Below are positions 1-10,176 of a stretch of DNA of 64,000 bases, piece after piece. The DNA is from Candidatus Latescibacterota bacterium (GTDB taxonomy: Bacteria > Latescibacterota > UBA2968): NCBI GenBank assembly GCA_965116885.1, contig OZ220741.1, forward strand, positions 2,752,001-2,816,000, in the 5' to 3' direction. Position numbers and translations under genes: made by a program. Within the stretch, counting starts at the first letter, position 1. Each line of letters starts with the position of its first letter. The notes under the pieces are model-generated. The model made no database searches. It saw only the letters and a program-made list of their open reading frames with translations, and was not told where the DNA came from.

Positions 1-1
1 C

Positions 2-406
2 TTTCTGTGTACTCAGGAGGCGTTTAAGATTATGAAAGACCAGACGCCCCGGGGTGGGCGGATCATCAATAATGGATCGATATCGGCGCATGTTCCCCGT
101 CCAAATTCTGCGCCTTATACGGCGACCAAACACGCGGTGTCCGGTCTGACCAGATCTGCTTCGCTCGATGGGCGCAAATACGATATCGCCTGCGGGCAAA
201 TCGATATTGGCAATGCAGCGACCGATATGACCGAGCGCATGAAAGGGGGCGTTCCGCAAGCCAATGGATCTACTCTGGTAGAGCCTACGATGGATGTCAG
301 GGGCGTCGCACAAGCCGTGCTCAATATGGCGAGTCTTCCATTAGATGCAAATGTTCAGTTTATGACGATTATGGCGACTAAGATGCCTTATATTGGTCGC
401 GGATAA
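2..406 (+). CDS. SDR family oxidoreductase, 5'-truncated by window edge
   Basis: Frame is open from base 2 ([12 protein letters not shown]...); IINNGS and YTATK (YxxxK) SDR motifs. Confidence 0.9.
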   Translation, partial: FLCTQEAFKIMKDQTPRGGRIINNGSISAHVPRPNSAPYTATKHAVSGLTRSASLDGRKYDIACGQIDIGNAATDMTERMKGGVPQANGSTLVEPTMDVRGVAQAVLNMASLPLDANVQFMTIMATKMPYIGRG

Positions 407-441
407 AAAAAAGACCGGACGTTTTGTCCGGTCTTTTTTTT
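405..441. terminator. Bidirectional intrinsic terminator
   Basis: AAAAAAAAGACCGGAC-gtttt-GTCCGGTCTTTTTTTT perfect inverted repeat between convergent genes. Confidence 0.9.
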
Positions 442-458
442 GTACTATGGGAGAGGGG

Positions 459-2945
459 TTACATCCCCAGCATGTATGAGACTTTTACGAGAACGGCCCG
501 GTTTCTTTCATTCCATTGTCGCAAGACATCCCGGTCATCCAGGTTATGGTCGTAAGTCACATCAAAGCCCTGGTCATAGACAAAGTAAATATCACTGCCG
601 GGGCGGAAACGGTAATTCAGCAATACGTTTACACTGGCCTGTTCGCGGTCATTATTCCACTGGGCGAATAGTTTGACATAAAAATCCGTGGAAAATGAAT
701 AGATCAAGCGGTTGCTCAAGACCTGAATATTGAAGTTGCCCTGGGGCAAGCGCAGCCAGTTGACTTCGTAATCTGTTTCAATCGAAAGTTTTCCCGAAGG
801 TCTGTAGCTGTTTTCGAGTGAAAGTTTATATCGCTTGCCCGTGTAATAGTTGCCGATTTCAATGTCGAACTCGGGGCGGACTTTCCGCGAGCGGCTCGGA
901 TAGGGACCGGTTCCGAATTTCGTAAAATTGTATGTGCCGTGTGGAATAATTATATCTGGTCGTTTTTTCGATGGCTTGAACGTGCGCTCGACCACGTCGT
1001 GCGTTCGCGCAAATTCTACCCGATACCAGTCTCCGGCGTTGAATCGCGTGTAAGTAGATACCCGCAAGTCCCAGAATTTGACTTTGTTTATTGGGTCACT
1101 GGGATCTGTAAAGAGCCTGAACCTCGGTCCTGTGGATATATAGCGAATGAGATCCGTGTTGGCGGGTATTCGCGCTCTGAATTGTGCTTCGTATCGCCGG
1201 AGTCTCTTCAATCCCGCGCGGCGGTTGACAAACCCGGCTTTGGGTAGAAAATGCTCTCCAATATCGACGTATTTTAGCGTACTGGAATAAATACCCCCCG
1301 AATAGGTGGCCTGTAAAAATCCCGCAGCCCCTGTCTGGGCGTCTTCAGCAGAATCCCAGGTTTGCGCGTAAAATCCCTGAAAATTGAGGGCATTGGATGG
1401 CGAGAAACTGAAATCAAGGCCGGCAGCGCGGTTGTATTGGTCCCAACCTGAGTCCGGAACAGGGGTTTGTTTGTTCACGACAATGGCACCGATATTTGAT
1501 CGCGCTATCACGTCGTGTTTCAGGCGTAACACCGAGAAATTGCTGCGCTGGACAAATGTATCATCGTGAAGCGTTTTGGAATCCGTCAACACATTCAATG
1601 CGCCAATGCTCGTCTTGCCAGCTTTGCCCGCCAGTTTGCTGCCCAATAGAATGGGTACGGGTTCCCCAGATTCCAGGCCGATTCGCCGGCTGTAAAATAA
1701 AATAGTAGGTGGTCGGCTGTCCCCGCCGCGTCTCGTGGCGGCTTCGCCAAAATCAAAGAGGTTGGATCCCTCCAGGAAGAATTCTCGCTTTTCGGGAAAG
1801 AATTGCGAGAATTGCGTCAGGTTTACTTCCTCTTGGTCCCCTTCAACCTGAGCAAAATCGGTATTATAAGACAGGTCCAGTATCATATTGGGCGTGAGGC
1901 CATACCGCACATCTACACCGGATTCAAAAGTACTTTGTGCAGATGGGTCCTCCGCACGCAAATCTTTTAGCGCGCCGGGCAAAATGTATGGCTTGATCTG
2001 AAATACGCGGCGGGTCTTTAAGGATTTTAGTCCCCTGAGTTCTGCGAGATCTGTTGTGCGATAGCGCTGTGTTGGAGATGTCGATCTTTGTCCGATCATC
2101 AGTGCTGTCGATTCGGTTTTGCGGGCAATAAATCGCGCGAGGTTAATACCCCATACCGCATCATCTTCTTCTTTAAAGCGCAGTTGATCGAATGGAATCG
2201 CCACCTCAACCGACCATCCTTTGTCGTGCCGGTGGCCTTTGGCTTCCCAGATACAATCCCAATCATCGTTGTAGGTGCGGCCTTCTCGCGATAGGATCAG
2301 ATCGCGTTTTGCACCCAGGGAGTTGACGAAGAAGAATGCGCCAGTTTGACGGTCGTTATAAGTGTCCAGAAGTATTTGCACATTGTCATCGCCCCATACT
2401 TCGGAATCGCGTCGCATGTTATTTGCCACGATTTTGTGTGGCTCAGAATCAAAACATTCAAATCCGAAGTAAATTTTTGCCCGGTCGTAAACAATACGGG
2501 CTGTTGTGCGTTCTGTGCTCGGCACCCAGTAGCCCGGGTCGCGCTGTACAAATCCCTCAATGGGTTTTGCATTCTGCCAGGCAGGGTCGTCCAAACGCCC
2601 GTCCATTTTGGGACCTTTATCCACGCGGGTGGCATAAACAGCGCGCGGTGCATCGTCAGAAGTCTGTGTGGTGACAACGCGAATGCGATCCGATACTTTT
2701 ACTGGTGAGCCGTTTTCTTCGACTACGCGCGCTACGAGTACGTCGTCGTCGAGTTTTTTGATGACCTGAAGCGTTGACCCATTGTCCATCTGCAATTGGC
2801 TTCCCAGGGTCGCCGCCCCGTTGAGTCCAGATACATAAGCGAGATCGCCCGTGATTTCTTTGACAATACCGGCTGTGTCATCACTATTAGCCGACGGCGC
2901 GCAAATCGCTATACAGATAAGCCCAAGCAAGCACGCTCTGATCAT
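459..2945 (-). CDS. Exported CBM9-like / DUF5916 domain protein (probable outer-membrane beta-barrel C-terminus)
   Basis: Signal peptide; PKMDGRLDDPAW, WSVEVAIPF, NTDFAQVE, FFPEKREFFLEG and LFYSRRIG motifs typical of DUF5916 proteins. Confidence 0.85.
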   Translation of the reverse strand: MIRACLLGLICIAICAPSANSDDTAGIVKEITGDLAYVSGLNGAATLGSQLQMDNGSTLQVIKKLDDDVLVARVVEENGSPVKVSDRIRVVTTQTSDDAPRAVYATRVDKGPKMDGRLDDPAWQNAKPIEGFVQRDPGYWVPSTERTTARIVYDRAKIYFGFECFDSEPHKIVANNMRRDSEVWGDDNVQILLDTYNDRQTGAFFFVNSLGAKRDLILSREGRTYNDDWDCIWEAKGHRHDKGWSVEVAIPFDQLRFKEEDDAVWGINLARFIARKTESTALMIGQRSTSPTQRYRTTDLAELRGLKSLKTRRVFQIKPYILPGALKDLRAEDPSAQSTFESGVDVRYGLTPNMILDLSYNTDFAQVEGDQEEVNLTQFSQFFPEKREFFLEGSNLFDFGEAATRRGGDSRPPTILFYSRRIGLESGEPVPILLGSKLAGKAGKTSIGALNVLTDSKTLHDDTFVQRSNFSVLRLKHDVIARSNIGAIVVNKQTPVPDSGWDQYNRAAGLDFSFSPSNALNFQGFYAQTWDSAEDAQTGAAGFLQATYSGGIYSSTLKYVDIGEHFLPKAGFVNRRAGLKRLRRYEAQFRARIPANTDLIRYISTGPRFRLFTDPSDPINKVKFWDLRVSTYTRFNAGDWYRVEFARTHDVVERTFKPSKKRPDIIIPHGTYNFTKFGTGPYPSRSRKVRPEFDIEIGNYYTGKRYKLSLENSYRPSGKLSIETDYEVNWLRLPQGNFNIQVLSNRLIYSFSTDFYVKLFAQWNNDREQASVNVLLNYRFRPGSDIYFVYDQGFDVTYDHNLDDRDVLRQWNERNRAVLVKVSYMLGM

Positions 2946-3028
2946 ATTTTTGCTCCTGGATAGTGTTGGGAGCCGGTGATCGGTGGTTATTATTCAATGC
3001 TTCGCTACGGAGATAGGAATAGAGGTAT

Positions 3029-3056
3029 GTAGGGGCGGTGCCCCTGTGCCCGCCCG
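3029..3056 (+). repeat. GTAG-type REP-like palindrome, copy 1
   Basis: GTAGGGGCGGTGCCCCTGTGCCCGCCCG; identical copy at 48896-48923. Confidence 0.85.
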
Positions 3057-3075
3057 TGCTGAGGCATCTGGCTCC

Positions 3076-3091
3076 AAGTAAGAACTTACTT
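3076..3091. promoter_or_regulatory. Candidate transcription-factor operator upstream of the DUF5916 gene
   Basis: Perfect inverted repeat AAGTAAG-AA-CTTACTT in an AT-rich promoter region. Confidence 0.45.
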
Positions 3092-3158
3092 ACTTATACA
3101 TAATGTAATAAAAAATAAAAATTCCGCATCTTTTTTTCCAGGGGAGCAGGTGGGGAGC

Positions 3159-4601
3159 TCAGTACATATTGTCTTTTGTGGTGATGGGACACCAGCGGGA
3201 GTTAAATAGGGTGTGGAATAATATATCTCGTGCAGCCGGTGTGCCGATTTGTTTCAGCAGATATGCGGCGTAAAAGCGGTTGTAGCGGTTTTCGTCTTCG
3301 AGCATTGTTCCCAGTGCTTCAACTGCAATGTCGCCCGATTCTCCGAATTTTGCGAGGGTGAGGGCTGCGTTGCGACGCACGCGATAGTCTTCATCGCCGA
3401 GTACCTGTGTCAGATCAGAGCGTAGATCTGGGGAAAAATTGCCGATTGCGCCCAGGGCTTCGATTGCATTGCGGCGCACCCACCAGTGATTGTCTTTTAT
3501 CGCGTTTCTCAAAGCGGGCGCAGCAGCAACCGCATTTGATCCGATATGTCCCAATATATTGGCAGCAACCGCTCGTATCCACCAGTGATCGTCTGATAAT
3601 GTTTTTGTCAGGGCGGGGACTGCGGGTTCTCCTATGAATGAGAGGGATAGAGCCGCGCATCCACTCGTGGGATTTGTTCCATGGGCATTGTCCGGTGTTT
3701 TTGCTTCTGTTTCTTCAATTGTCGCGAGTGTTTCTTTTCGCATGGCGGCGATGAGCTCAGGTACGGCTTCTGCGCCGAATTCAGCGAGTTTATACGCTGC
3801 GTCCAATCGGTCACATTCCGATCCGTTCTTTAAGATTGAAATCCAATTTTTTAGATTGCTCTCTGGTGTCTCGCGTTCTTTTTGTGCGTTTCCGCACATC
3901 CAGTTCCATACGTTTTTTGATATGGCTGGATGCTTGTCTTCAATGCCGGGAGACCATACGCGGCTCTGATGATTCCATGTGGGTTTTTGCGGTTCCCGTG
4001 TGCGCGCAAATTGGAATTTCAGCATGTACCGATTTTTATTGCTGATATTTTCGGTTGCGCGGTGCCAGGAATCGAAGTGGATTAGAGCTACGGTGCCCGC
4101 AGGTCCGCAAAATGCGCGGGTTTTTTCTTTTGTTTGTGCGGGATCTACATCGCTGATGGTTTTGTATATTTGCATGCCGGGCAATACGCCCGAAGGTCCC
4201 ATATCCTCAGTTGTGTCTTGTGGAAAATAAAAAGCGAGTAGCCAGTAGAATTTCGGGTGTCGCAAATTGTGATCATATACATAACAGTCTTTGTGCCATC
4301 GCTGTCCGTTTCGTCCCGGGGGATTCAGGTGACAATGTCGATGGGGGTTCAAAATGTATCCCGGTCCGAGCAAGCTGGTGAGTGCCCCTTTTACGTTGGG
4401 GTGTTCAAACACCTGCCCGATTTGCGGTATCCGGGGCAAGATGTTATTGCCGGGATTGCCTTCTTTTTCAAAGACTGTCTCAATTTGATCATAGATATTT
4501 GCGTGGAATGAGGGCGGATAATCCGCGTGGACTGTCAGGCATCCATCCACGATAAATCGCTGTACTTCACCATCATTCAACAACCGCATTGGATCGGCCA
4601 T
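3159..4601 (-). CDS. PhyH-family Fe(II)/2OG dioxygenase fused to C-terminal HEAT(PBS) repeats
   Basis: WHKD...WHRA facial triad; repeated DxxWWVRxxAxxALG helices; start moved to ATG 4601 behind GAGGAG RBS. Confidence 0.85.
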   Translation of the reverse strand: MADPMRLLNDGEVQRFIVDGCLTVHADYPPSFHANIYDQIETVFEKEGNPGNNILPRIPQIGQVFEHPNVKGALTSLLGPGYILNPHRHCHLNPPGRNGQRWHKDCYVYDHNLRHPKFYWLLAFYFPQDTTEDMGPSGVLPGMQIYKTISDVDPAQTKEKTRAFCGPAGTVALIHFDSWHRATENISNKNRYMLKFQFARTREPQKPTWNHQSRVWSPGIEDKHPAISKNVWNWMCGNAQKERETPESNLKNWISILKNGSECDRLDAAYKLAEFGAEAVPELIAAMRKETLATIEETEAKTPDNAHGTNPTSGCAALSLSFIGEPAVPALTKTLSDDHWWIRAVAANILGHIGSNAVAAAPALRNAIKDNHWWVRRNAIEALGAIGNFSPDLRSDLTQVLGDEDYRVRRNAALTLAKFGESGDIAVEALGTMLEDENRYNRFYAAYLLKQIGTPAARDILFHTLFNSRWCPITTKDNMY

Positions 4602-4612
4602 GGTGGGTCTCC

Positions 4613-5473
4613 TCAACTGAAAATTTCCACAAATTTCGCAACGCTCGTCCTGAATCCATCTTCAAATGTGCCGCCTTTGGGGCGATAGACGCTTTCGTAA
4701 GAGATTGCGCCCGCATATCCGTCGCGTTTGAGCGCGTTTGCAATGGGTTCCAGATATGGTCCCACGTCGCCTTCGCCCAGGGGATAGAATCCAACGGTCG
4801 CACGCGCTATATCGGCTTTTGCGTCTTTGATGTGGATATGGCCGATGTAATCGCGAATTTCATTGTAGGCATCGGGAAAGGGGATGTCTGTACAATACAT
4901 CGTATTGGGAATGTCCCACAGGAGTTTGAGGTGGGAGCTACCCAATTCGTCGATCAACTTTCGCGCCAGAAAGCCCGATGTGATCATGGCATTATTGCCC
5001 GTTTCAACGACGAGTGTCACACCTTCTTCTTCGGCTATTTGGATGGGTACGGCCATTAGTTTTACCAATTTGTCCCATGCACCAGCGGTGACAATCCAGT
5101 CTTCTGCGCCGTTGTATCCAAATAGTATCATTTCTTTTTTACAACTCATAATTCTGACGATATTTGTTCCGAGGGTTTTTGCAAGGGCAATGCACCGCCG
5201 CAATCCCGATACATGATCTTCAAATGCGGCATCTCCTATTTCGGTTTGCAATACGGGCAAGCCGCCAAAGTTGTGCCGCGAGATGCATGAGACTTCCATG
5301 TCGTGCTGATTGAGTAGTGTTTTTATGCGCGCCACTTGCCCGGCGTCGTGATCCCCTACTTCTCGATCCCATACAAACTGGAGTTCTGGATATCTCAGTC
5401 CGTATTCTGCCATGACATTCAACGCGTGTTCAAAATCCCTGCTGATTCCATCTGTAATTACACCGAGTTTCAC
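4613..5473 (-). CDS. Sugar phosphate isomerase/epimerase (xylose isomerase-like TIM barrel)
   Basis: LVVET, WDIPN, HIHIKD and ISYE metal-ligand pattern. Confidence 0.85.
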   Translation of the reverse strand: MKLGVITDGISRDFEHALNVMAEYGLRYPELQFVWDREVGDHDAGQVARIKTLLNQHDMEVSCISRHNFGGLPVLQTEIGDAAFEDHVSGLRRCIALAKTLGTNIVRIMSCKKEMILFGYNGAEDWIVTAGAWDKLVKLMAVPIQIAEEEGVTLVVETGNNAMITSGFLARKLIDELGSSHLKLLWDIPNTMYCTDIPFPDAYNEIRDYIGHIHIKDAKADIARATVGFYPLGEGDVGPYLEPIANALKRDGYAGAISYESVYRPKGGTFEDGFRTSVAKFVEIFS

Positions 5474-5484
5474 AAGTAAGCTCC

Positions 5485-5512
5485 TGACTTGTCACTTGTC
5501 ACTTGTCACTTC
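5485..5512. repeat. Heptamer tandem array (TCACTTG x4, imperfect)
   Basis: TGACTTG TCACTTG TCACTTG TCACTTC spanning a stop codon, next to the following gene's RBS. Confidence 0.7.
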
Positions 5513-6379
5513 AATATCCAGCATGTTTTCAAAAATTTTGATGATGGCCCAGTTCGCTTCTTCGGGGTTCACGCTGATGCCCGCTTGAAACCACTCCGCT
5601 GCTGATGAGAGTGTGAAGAGGGGCACGCCACATTCGCGCCCCAGTGTTTTTGCGATTCCGAGGTCTTTGTACATTGTGCCAATGCGGCTTTGGCCCGCAA
5701 AATTTCGTTCCATGATGTTTTGTGTTGTGTCCCGGAATAAGAAGCTGCCGACCACACTCGTGTTGATGACTTCGTAGAGGGTTTCGGGTTTTACGCCGGC
5801 TTTTACGCCCAGTGATAGGGTTTCGAAGATGCCCGCATAGGTGACGCCTGTCAAGACGGCCAGACACGCTTTCACGGTTTGTCCGGCTCCGATTTCTTCG
5901 CCGACGTGGTAGATATTTTCTCCGACTGCGTTGAGAACTTCTGTCGCGTCCTCAAAAACCTCTCGCCGTGCTGCTACCATCATTGTCAGTGTGCCAGCCG
6001 CTGCGCCGGGTGCGCCACCGCTTACCGGGGCGTCTATGACGCGAATATTTCTCTCTTTTAGGCATTGTGCGATTTCGATTAACTCTGAACGCAAGATGGT
6101 TGCTGTGCAGATGAATGTCGATCCCGGTTTCATGCTGTTCAACAGACCATTGTTTAAGATCGCTTTAATTTGGTCGCCGTTCATGACCATGACGAATACG
6201 AAGTCCGCACGTTCACCCACTTCGCCTACATTTTTGGCTGCATAAGCCCCTTGTGCGACATAAGGTTCCAATTGTTCGGGGCGCAAATCATATACGACAA
6301 GCTCATGGCCGTTCTTCAAGATGTTTGCAGCCATCCCGCTGCCCATATCTCCGACACCGATCAACCCAACACGCGCCAT
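5492..6379 (-). CDS. NAD(P)-dependent beta-hydroxyacid dehydrogenase (3-hydroxyisobutyrate DH family)
   Basis: GLIGVGDMG Rossmann motif, DAPVSGG, GAGQTVK; start at MARVG. Confidence 0.9.
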   Translation of the reverse strand: MARVGLIGVGDMGSGMAANILKNGHELVVYDLRPEQLEPYVAQGAYAAKNVGEVGERADFVFVMVMNGDQIKAILNNGLLNSMKPGSTFICTATILRSELIEIAQCLKERNIRVIDAPVSGGAPGAAAGTLTMMVAARREVFEDATEVLNAVGENIYHVGEEIGAGQTVKACLAVLTGVTYAGIFETLSLGVKAGVKPETLYEVINTSVVGSFLFRDTTQNIMERNFAGQSRIGTMYKDLGIAKTLGRECGVPLFTLSSAAEWFQAGISVNPEEANWAIIKIFENMLDIEVTSDK

Positions 6380-6468
6380 GTTTTTTCCTTTCGCATCTAA
6401 ATTTAGTTTGCTAATTAACAATAAACTACTAAACTCCATTGGTCAAACTTACACTACGGAGGCTTACA

Positions 6469-7347
6469 ATGGACAATATATATCTGAGATGGTGGGGGTG
6501 TGGTGCTTTCGACATTCTCTCGGGGGATGTCAATATCGCCATTGATCCGTATCTTTTCGGTGATAATCTAAATAGTGCCGAACCCATTTACGATTATATT
6601 TTTATTAGCCACGAACATTTTGACCACTGTCATCCCAAAACTCTGACGAAATTGTGCCGGGGGGATCGCTTCAAGAAACTCTTTGTCAATATCGGTTGTA
6701 TGACCCCAAACGAACCTGTTGACGAAAATTATGGCGATGCGGCTTTTTCTCGGGACCTGCCCATTAGCAAGCATATACCCGAGGAAAAAATCCAGGTACT
6801 CTTTCCCAAATATCGCACCGATGACGCGCGCACTTTTCCCGGTCCCTTTGCGTGTGACCTGGGTGCTGTGCAGGTAGAAGCTGTTGAAAGTGGTGAAAAT
6901 GCGCGGCCCGATTTACCTACCTGTGGTTATTTAATCACATATATAGAGAAAGATATTTCGTTCTATCACACCGGAGATCTTCACGCGACCTATCCCGCGC
7001 TCGGCAATCTGAAGGGCCGCGTGGATTATCTCATCCACATGAAAACAGGGCTGAAGAACTGGCCTGTTTTTTCAAGTCTTCTCGATCTCGTGCAGCCCCG
7101 ATTCTTGATTCCAACCCATTATCGAACAGATCGCAAAACCGATCCTATTCCCGAAGGACATTGGCCTCCCGATGTTACGGATGTAAATGCTTTTATCGAG
7201 AGTATCCGCGAGCACGCTGGCGACCGAACCCAAATTTTGCCTTTCACTGCGGGCATCCAGTACGAGATTGAATTGCCCAAGAAAAAAGTTGTGTGGGCGT
7301 GGGATTGGCACAATACATGGACTGTGCCCCCGTGGCGAGAGGGATAG
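6469..7347 (+). CDS. MBL-fold metallo-hydrolase (UlaG-like)
   Basis: SHEHFDH motif, YHTGD, PTHY; ATG 6469 behind GGAGG. Confidence 0.85.
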   Translation: MDNIYLRWWGCGAFDILSGDVNIAIDPYLFGDNLNSAEPIYDYIFISHEHFDHCHPKTLTKLCRGDRFKKLFVNIGCMTPNEPVDENYGDAAFSRDLPISKHIPEEKIQVLFPKYRTDDARTFPGPFACDLGAVQVEAVESGENARPDLPTCGYLITYIEKDISFYHTGDLHATYPALGNLKGRVDYLIHMKTGLKNWPVFSSLLDLVQPRFLIPTHYRTDRKTDPIPEGHWPPDVTDVNAFIESIREHAGDRTQILPFTAGIQYEIELPKKKVVWAWDWHNTWTVPPWREG

Positions 7348-7359
7348 ATCTCTGAAATT

Positions 7360-8124
7360 TTACACGCGATCTTTCAACTGATATGCAATCGCGTAAAATG
7401 CCATTGAGTTACCCGTGCGATTTGGCTCGCTGCGATGCCAGGTGTAATTTGTGAAGAAGAGGCCGTCGCCCGGTTTCATTTCGACCAGGACTTCATCGGA
7501 GTAATCGATCTGATTCAGGGGGATGCGGTGGCGCTTAAACGGTTCATGGGTTTCGTCGCCATTCACACGGGATTTTCTGAACATCGGCGGGTCGTCGTAA
7601 TAAGATTCGTGCGGTACGAGTTCCCAGCCGATATGGCTGCGCGGCATGACCGATAATGCGATGGCGTTCTTTCCGACTTCTTGCATCGGGATCCAGCAGT
7701 TGCAACCCAATTCGGGATCGATTTTCCAGTACCACGAGTCCTGGTGAAAATAACTGCATCCACCTTGCTCAGTGTCAATCCATCCGTGTTTAACCCCTAT
7801 CTGATCTGTGAAGAGTTCTACATCGCCGCCCAAAACTCCCGCCATTGCATTCGCCATGTTGCTGTGTTCTGCGACCGTGGTAAATACCTTTTCTTCCAGG
7901 CCCGGACGTTGAATGCCCTTGGGCACTGGTTCGCCTGAAGAGGCGCGATATATTTCGGGATTGAGAACTTGAAATCTGCCCTTTTTCCAATCTGGCGGAT
8001 GATCTACTATTTCCCGTACTCGCGCCCAGGCGTTTGCCATGAGTTCGGCGGGGATCAATCCCTCCACATGGCAGTATCCTTCTTCTCGATACTGTTGGAT
8101 ATGTTGTTCGGTGACGGTGCTCAT
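7360..8124 (-). CDS. Phytanoyl-CoA dioxygenase (PhyH) family protein
   Basis: YREEGY N-terminus, HQDSWY, WHRSEPN. Confidence 0.88.
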   Translation of the reverse strand: MSTVTEQHIQQYREEGYCHVEGLIPAELMANAWARVREIVDHPPDWKKGRFQVLNPEIYRASSGEPVPKGIQRPGLEEKVFTTVAEHSNMANAMAGVLGGDVELFTDQIGVKHGWIDTEQGGCSYFHQDSWYWKIDPELGCNCWIPMQEVGKNAIALSVMPRSHIGWELVPHESYYDDPPMFRKSRVNGDETHEPFKRHRIPLNQIDYSDEVLVEMKPGDGLFFTNYTWHRSEPNRTGNSMAFYAIAYQLKDRV

Positions 8125-8129
8125 TTTTT

Positions 8130-8924
8130 TTACTCGCTTATCCAGTGTCGGAACAGGGGTTTCGCGTTTTCTGGCAATTCCTCGTAAACCTGGCGGGGTA
8201 CTGGTTCCTGGTCGTTGTCGATCAAGCCGGTTTCATCCACCATCATTTTGCGTTCTTCAGATCCCGGCATCAATACGCGCGTGTTCAACCACCAGGGGGC
8301 GTAGCGAACGACAACGGATACCCGGTCCTCTTGCGATTGATTGGGGGCGGTTGCGTGCCATATCCGACTGTCCAGCACGAGGACACTTCCCGCTGGACCC
8401 GTTGCATTCATTTCGGTTGAATAAGGTTCGAGCGGATCTACATCTATATTTCCGGTTGGATTATTCGACCATCGGTGGCTGCCCGGCACGATCAATGTGC
8501 CGCCATTCTCATGGGTAAAAGGAGATAACATCCACAGGGTTGTGAGATGCATTACCGCATCTGGATAAGGTGCAAGCACATGTGAGGCGTTGATCTGATT
8601 AAACGGCCAGTCTGCATGCCATCTGCCCCGTGGATTGCCCGAGCGATTGATGGTCGCTGAGACATAAGACACTTTGACAAAGGAGCCAAAAAGTGCTTCG
8701 AGGATAGCCATCAGCCTTGCGTCTGCGAGATAGGGCGCGAGGGACTGGTCATAGCGTATAAATCCCGGCACGTGTCCGATGCCCTGTTCTGCGGCCTTCG
8801 CTCTGCCGTGTGTCCCGGTCGAATGCCATACGTGATCGCGTATTGCATCTACCTCATCTTCTGGGATTACGCCTTCTATTACGGTCCATCCGTCTCTGCG
8901 GATTCGGTTTAGATCGGTATTCAT
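8130..8924 (-). CDS. Phytanoyl-CoA dioxygenase (PhyH) family protein
   Basis: DGWTVIEGVI, WHAD, NGGTLIVPGSH, WHATAPN. Confidence 0.88.
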   Translation of the reverse strand: MNTDLNRIRRDGWTVIEGVIPEDEVDAIRDHVWHSTGTHGRAKAAEQGIGHVPGFIRYDQSLAPYLADARLMAILEALFGSFVKVSYVSATINRSGNPRGRWHADWPFNQINASHVLAPYPDAVMHLTTLWMLSPFTHENGGTLIVPGSHRWSNNPTGNIDVDPLEPYSTEMNATGPAGSVLVLDSRIWHATAPNQSQEDRVSVVVRYAPWWLNTRVLMPGSEERKMMVDETGLIDNDQEPVPRQVYEELPENAKPLFRHWISE

Positions 8925-8934
8925 TGCGTGTCCC

Positions 8935-10026
8935 TCAAACATCAAATATGATGATCTGCCGGGCGACTCCGCCCGCGATCAGGGCCTTGAACGCGTTGTC
9001 GATGTCATTCAGGGATATATTGTGTGAGATCATTTCGTCGAGTTTGAGATTGCCCATGAGATACATATCTACATACCGCGGCATATCTACGCGAAAGCGA
9101 TTGGATCCCATGCTTGATCCCTGAATTTTGCGCTCGCGCAAAAAGTTGTGTCCTGTAAGTTCAATTTTAACGCCCTGGGGAATCATGCCAATTATCGTGG
9201 CGGTGCCGCCTTCTTCGAGCATGTAAAAACACTGTTCCGCAGTCTGTTTCAATCCCACGGCTTCAAAAGAGTTGGCCACGCCTTTTCCGCCGGTCAGATC
9301 CATTATTTGCTCAACGGGATCGCCATCGTTGGCATTGACCAGGTCTGTTGCACCCAATTCTCGGGCCAGTTGCAGTTTGGAAGAGACGGTATCTACTGCA
9401 ATAATACGCCCTGCGCCACCTATTCGCGCACCCTGTACAGCACTCAGGCCAATGCCACCACATCCGACAACGGCAACTGTGCTGCCCGGTTCTACTTTGG
9501 CGGTATTGAGCGCGGCGCCAACACCGGTTGTTACGCCACATCCGATCAGGGCAGCTTTGTCCAGCGGCATGTCTTCGCGGACTTTGCATACTGCATTTTC
9601 GTGTACCAACAACTGTTCTGCATAAGAGGCGAGGTTTGCAAATTGGAAGAACGCTTGACCATCCTGGGACAGGCGCGGTTTATCTGTCTCTTTGCGCTGT
9701 GTCGATTCTCTGTCTTCACATAGATTTGGACGCCCGGTGGTGCAGTAGCGACAATGTCCGCAAAAGACCGATAGACAGGTGATTACATGGTCGCCGGGTT
9801 TTACATAGGTCACGTCTGGCCCGACTGCCTCTACAATACCCGCTGATTCGTGGCCGAGTACGGCAGGTAGCTCGCAGGTATAATGCCCTTGCTGATAATG
9901 AACATCGCTGTGACAGACCCCCGCGGCGGCGGTGCGAATTAAGACTTCGCGTCCGATTGGGTCGGCAATTGCGACGTCTTCTACACTTATCGGCTGATGT
10001 GCTTCGCGCAAAACAGCAGCTTTCAT
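8935..10026 (-). CDS. Zn-dependent alcohol dehydrogenase (class III-like MDR)
   Basis: CHSD, GHE, CxxCxxC...C, GCGGIG. Confidence 0.93.
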   Translation of the reverse strand: MKAAVLREAHQPISVEDVAIADPIGREVLIRTAAAGVCHSDVHYQQGHYTCELPAVLGHESAGIVEAVGPDVTYVKPGDHVITCLSVFCGHCRYCTTGRPNLCEDRESTQRKETDKPRLSQDGQAFFQFANLASYAEQLLVHENAVCKVREDMPLDKAALIGCGVTTGVGAALNTAKVEPGSTVAVVGCGGIGLSAVQGARIGGAGRIIAVDTVSSKLQLARELGATDLVNANDGDPVEQIMDLTGGKGVANSFEAVGLKQTAEQCFYMLEEGGTATIIGMIPQGVKIELTGHNFLRERKIQGSSMGSNRFRVDMPRYVDMYLMGNLKLDEMISHNISLNDIDNAFKALIAGGVARQIIIFDV

Positions 10027-10046
10027 GGTGGACCTCCTGTTGTTCT

Positions 10047-10130
10047 GACCCCTCCCCCGGCCCCTCCCCGAAACGGGGAGGGGAGACCTGATCCCCCCTT
10101 CCTCGTAGGAAGGGGGTTAGGGGGTAGGTC
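10047..10130. repeat. Composite G/C-rich palindromic element (two hairpins within an outer stem)
   Basis: CCCCTCCCC-gaaac-GGGGAGGGG and CCCCCTTCCT-cgt-AGGAAGGGGG, enclosed by GACC...GGTC. Confidence 0.75.
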
Positions 10131-10176
10131 CTGATAAATTTAAAACAGCTCCTATGGAAGCTATGTCATCTCCTGT

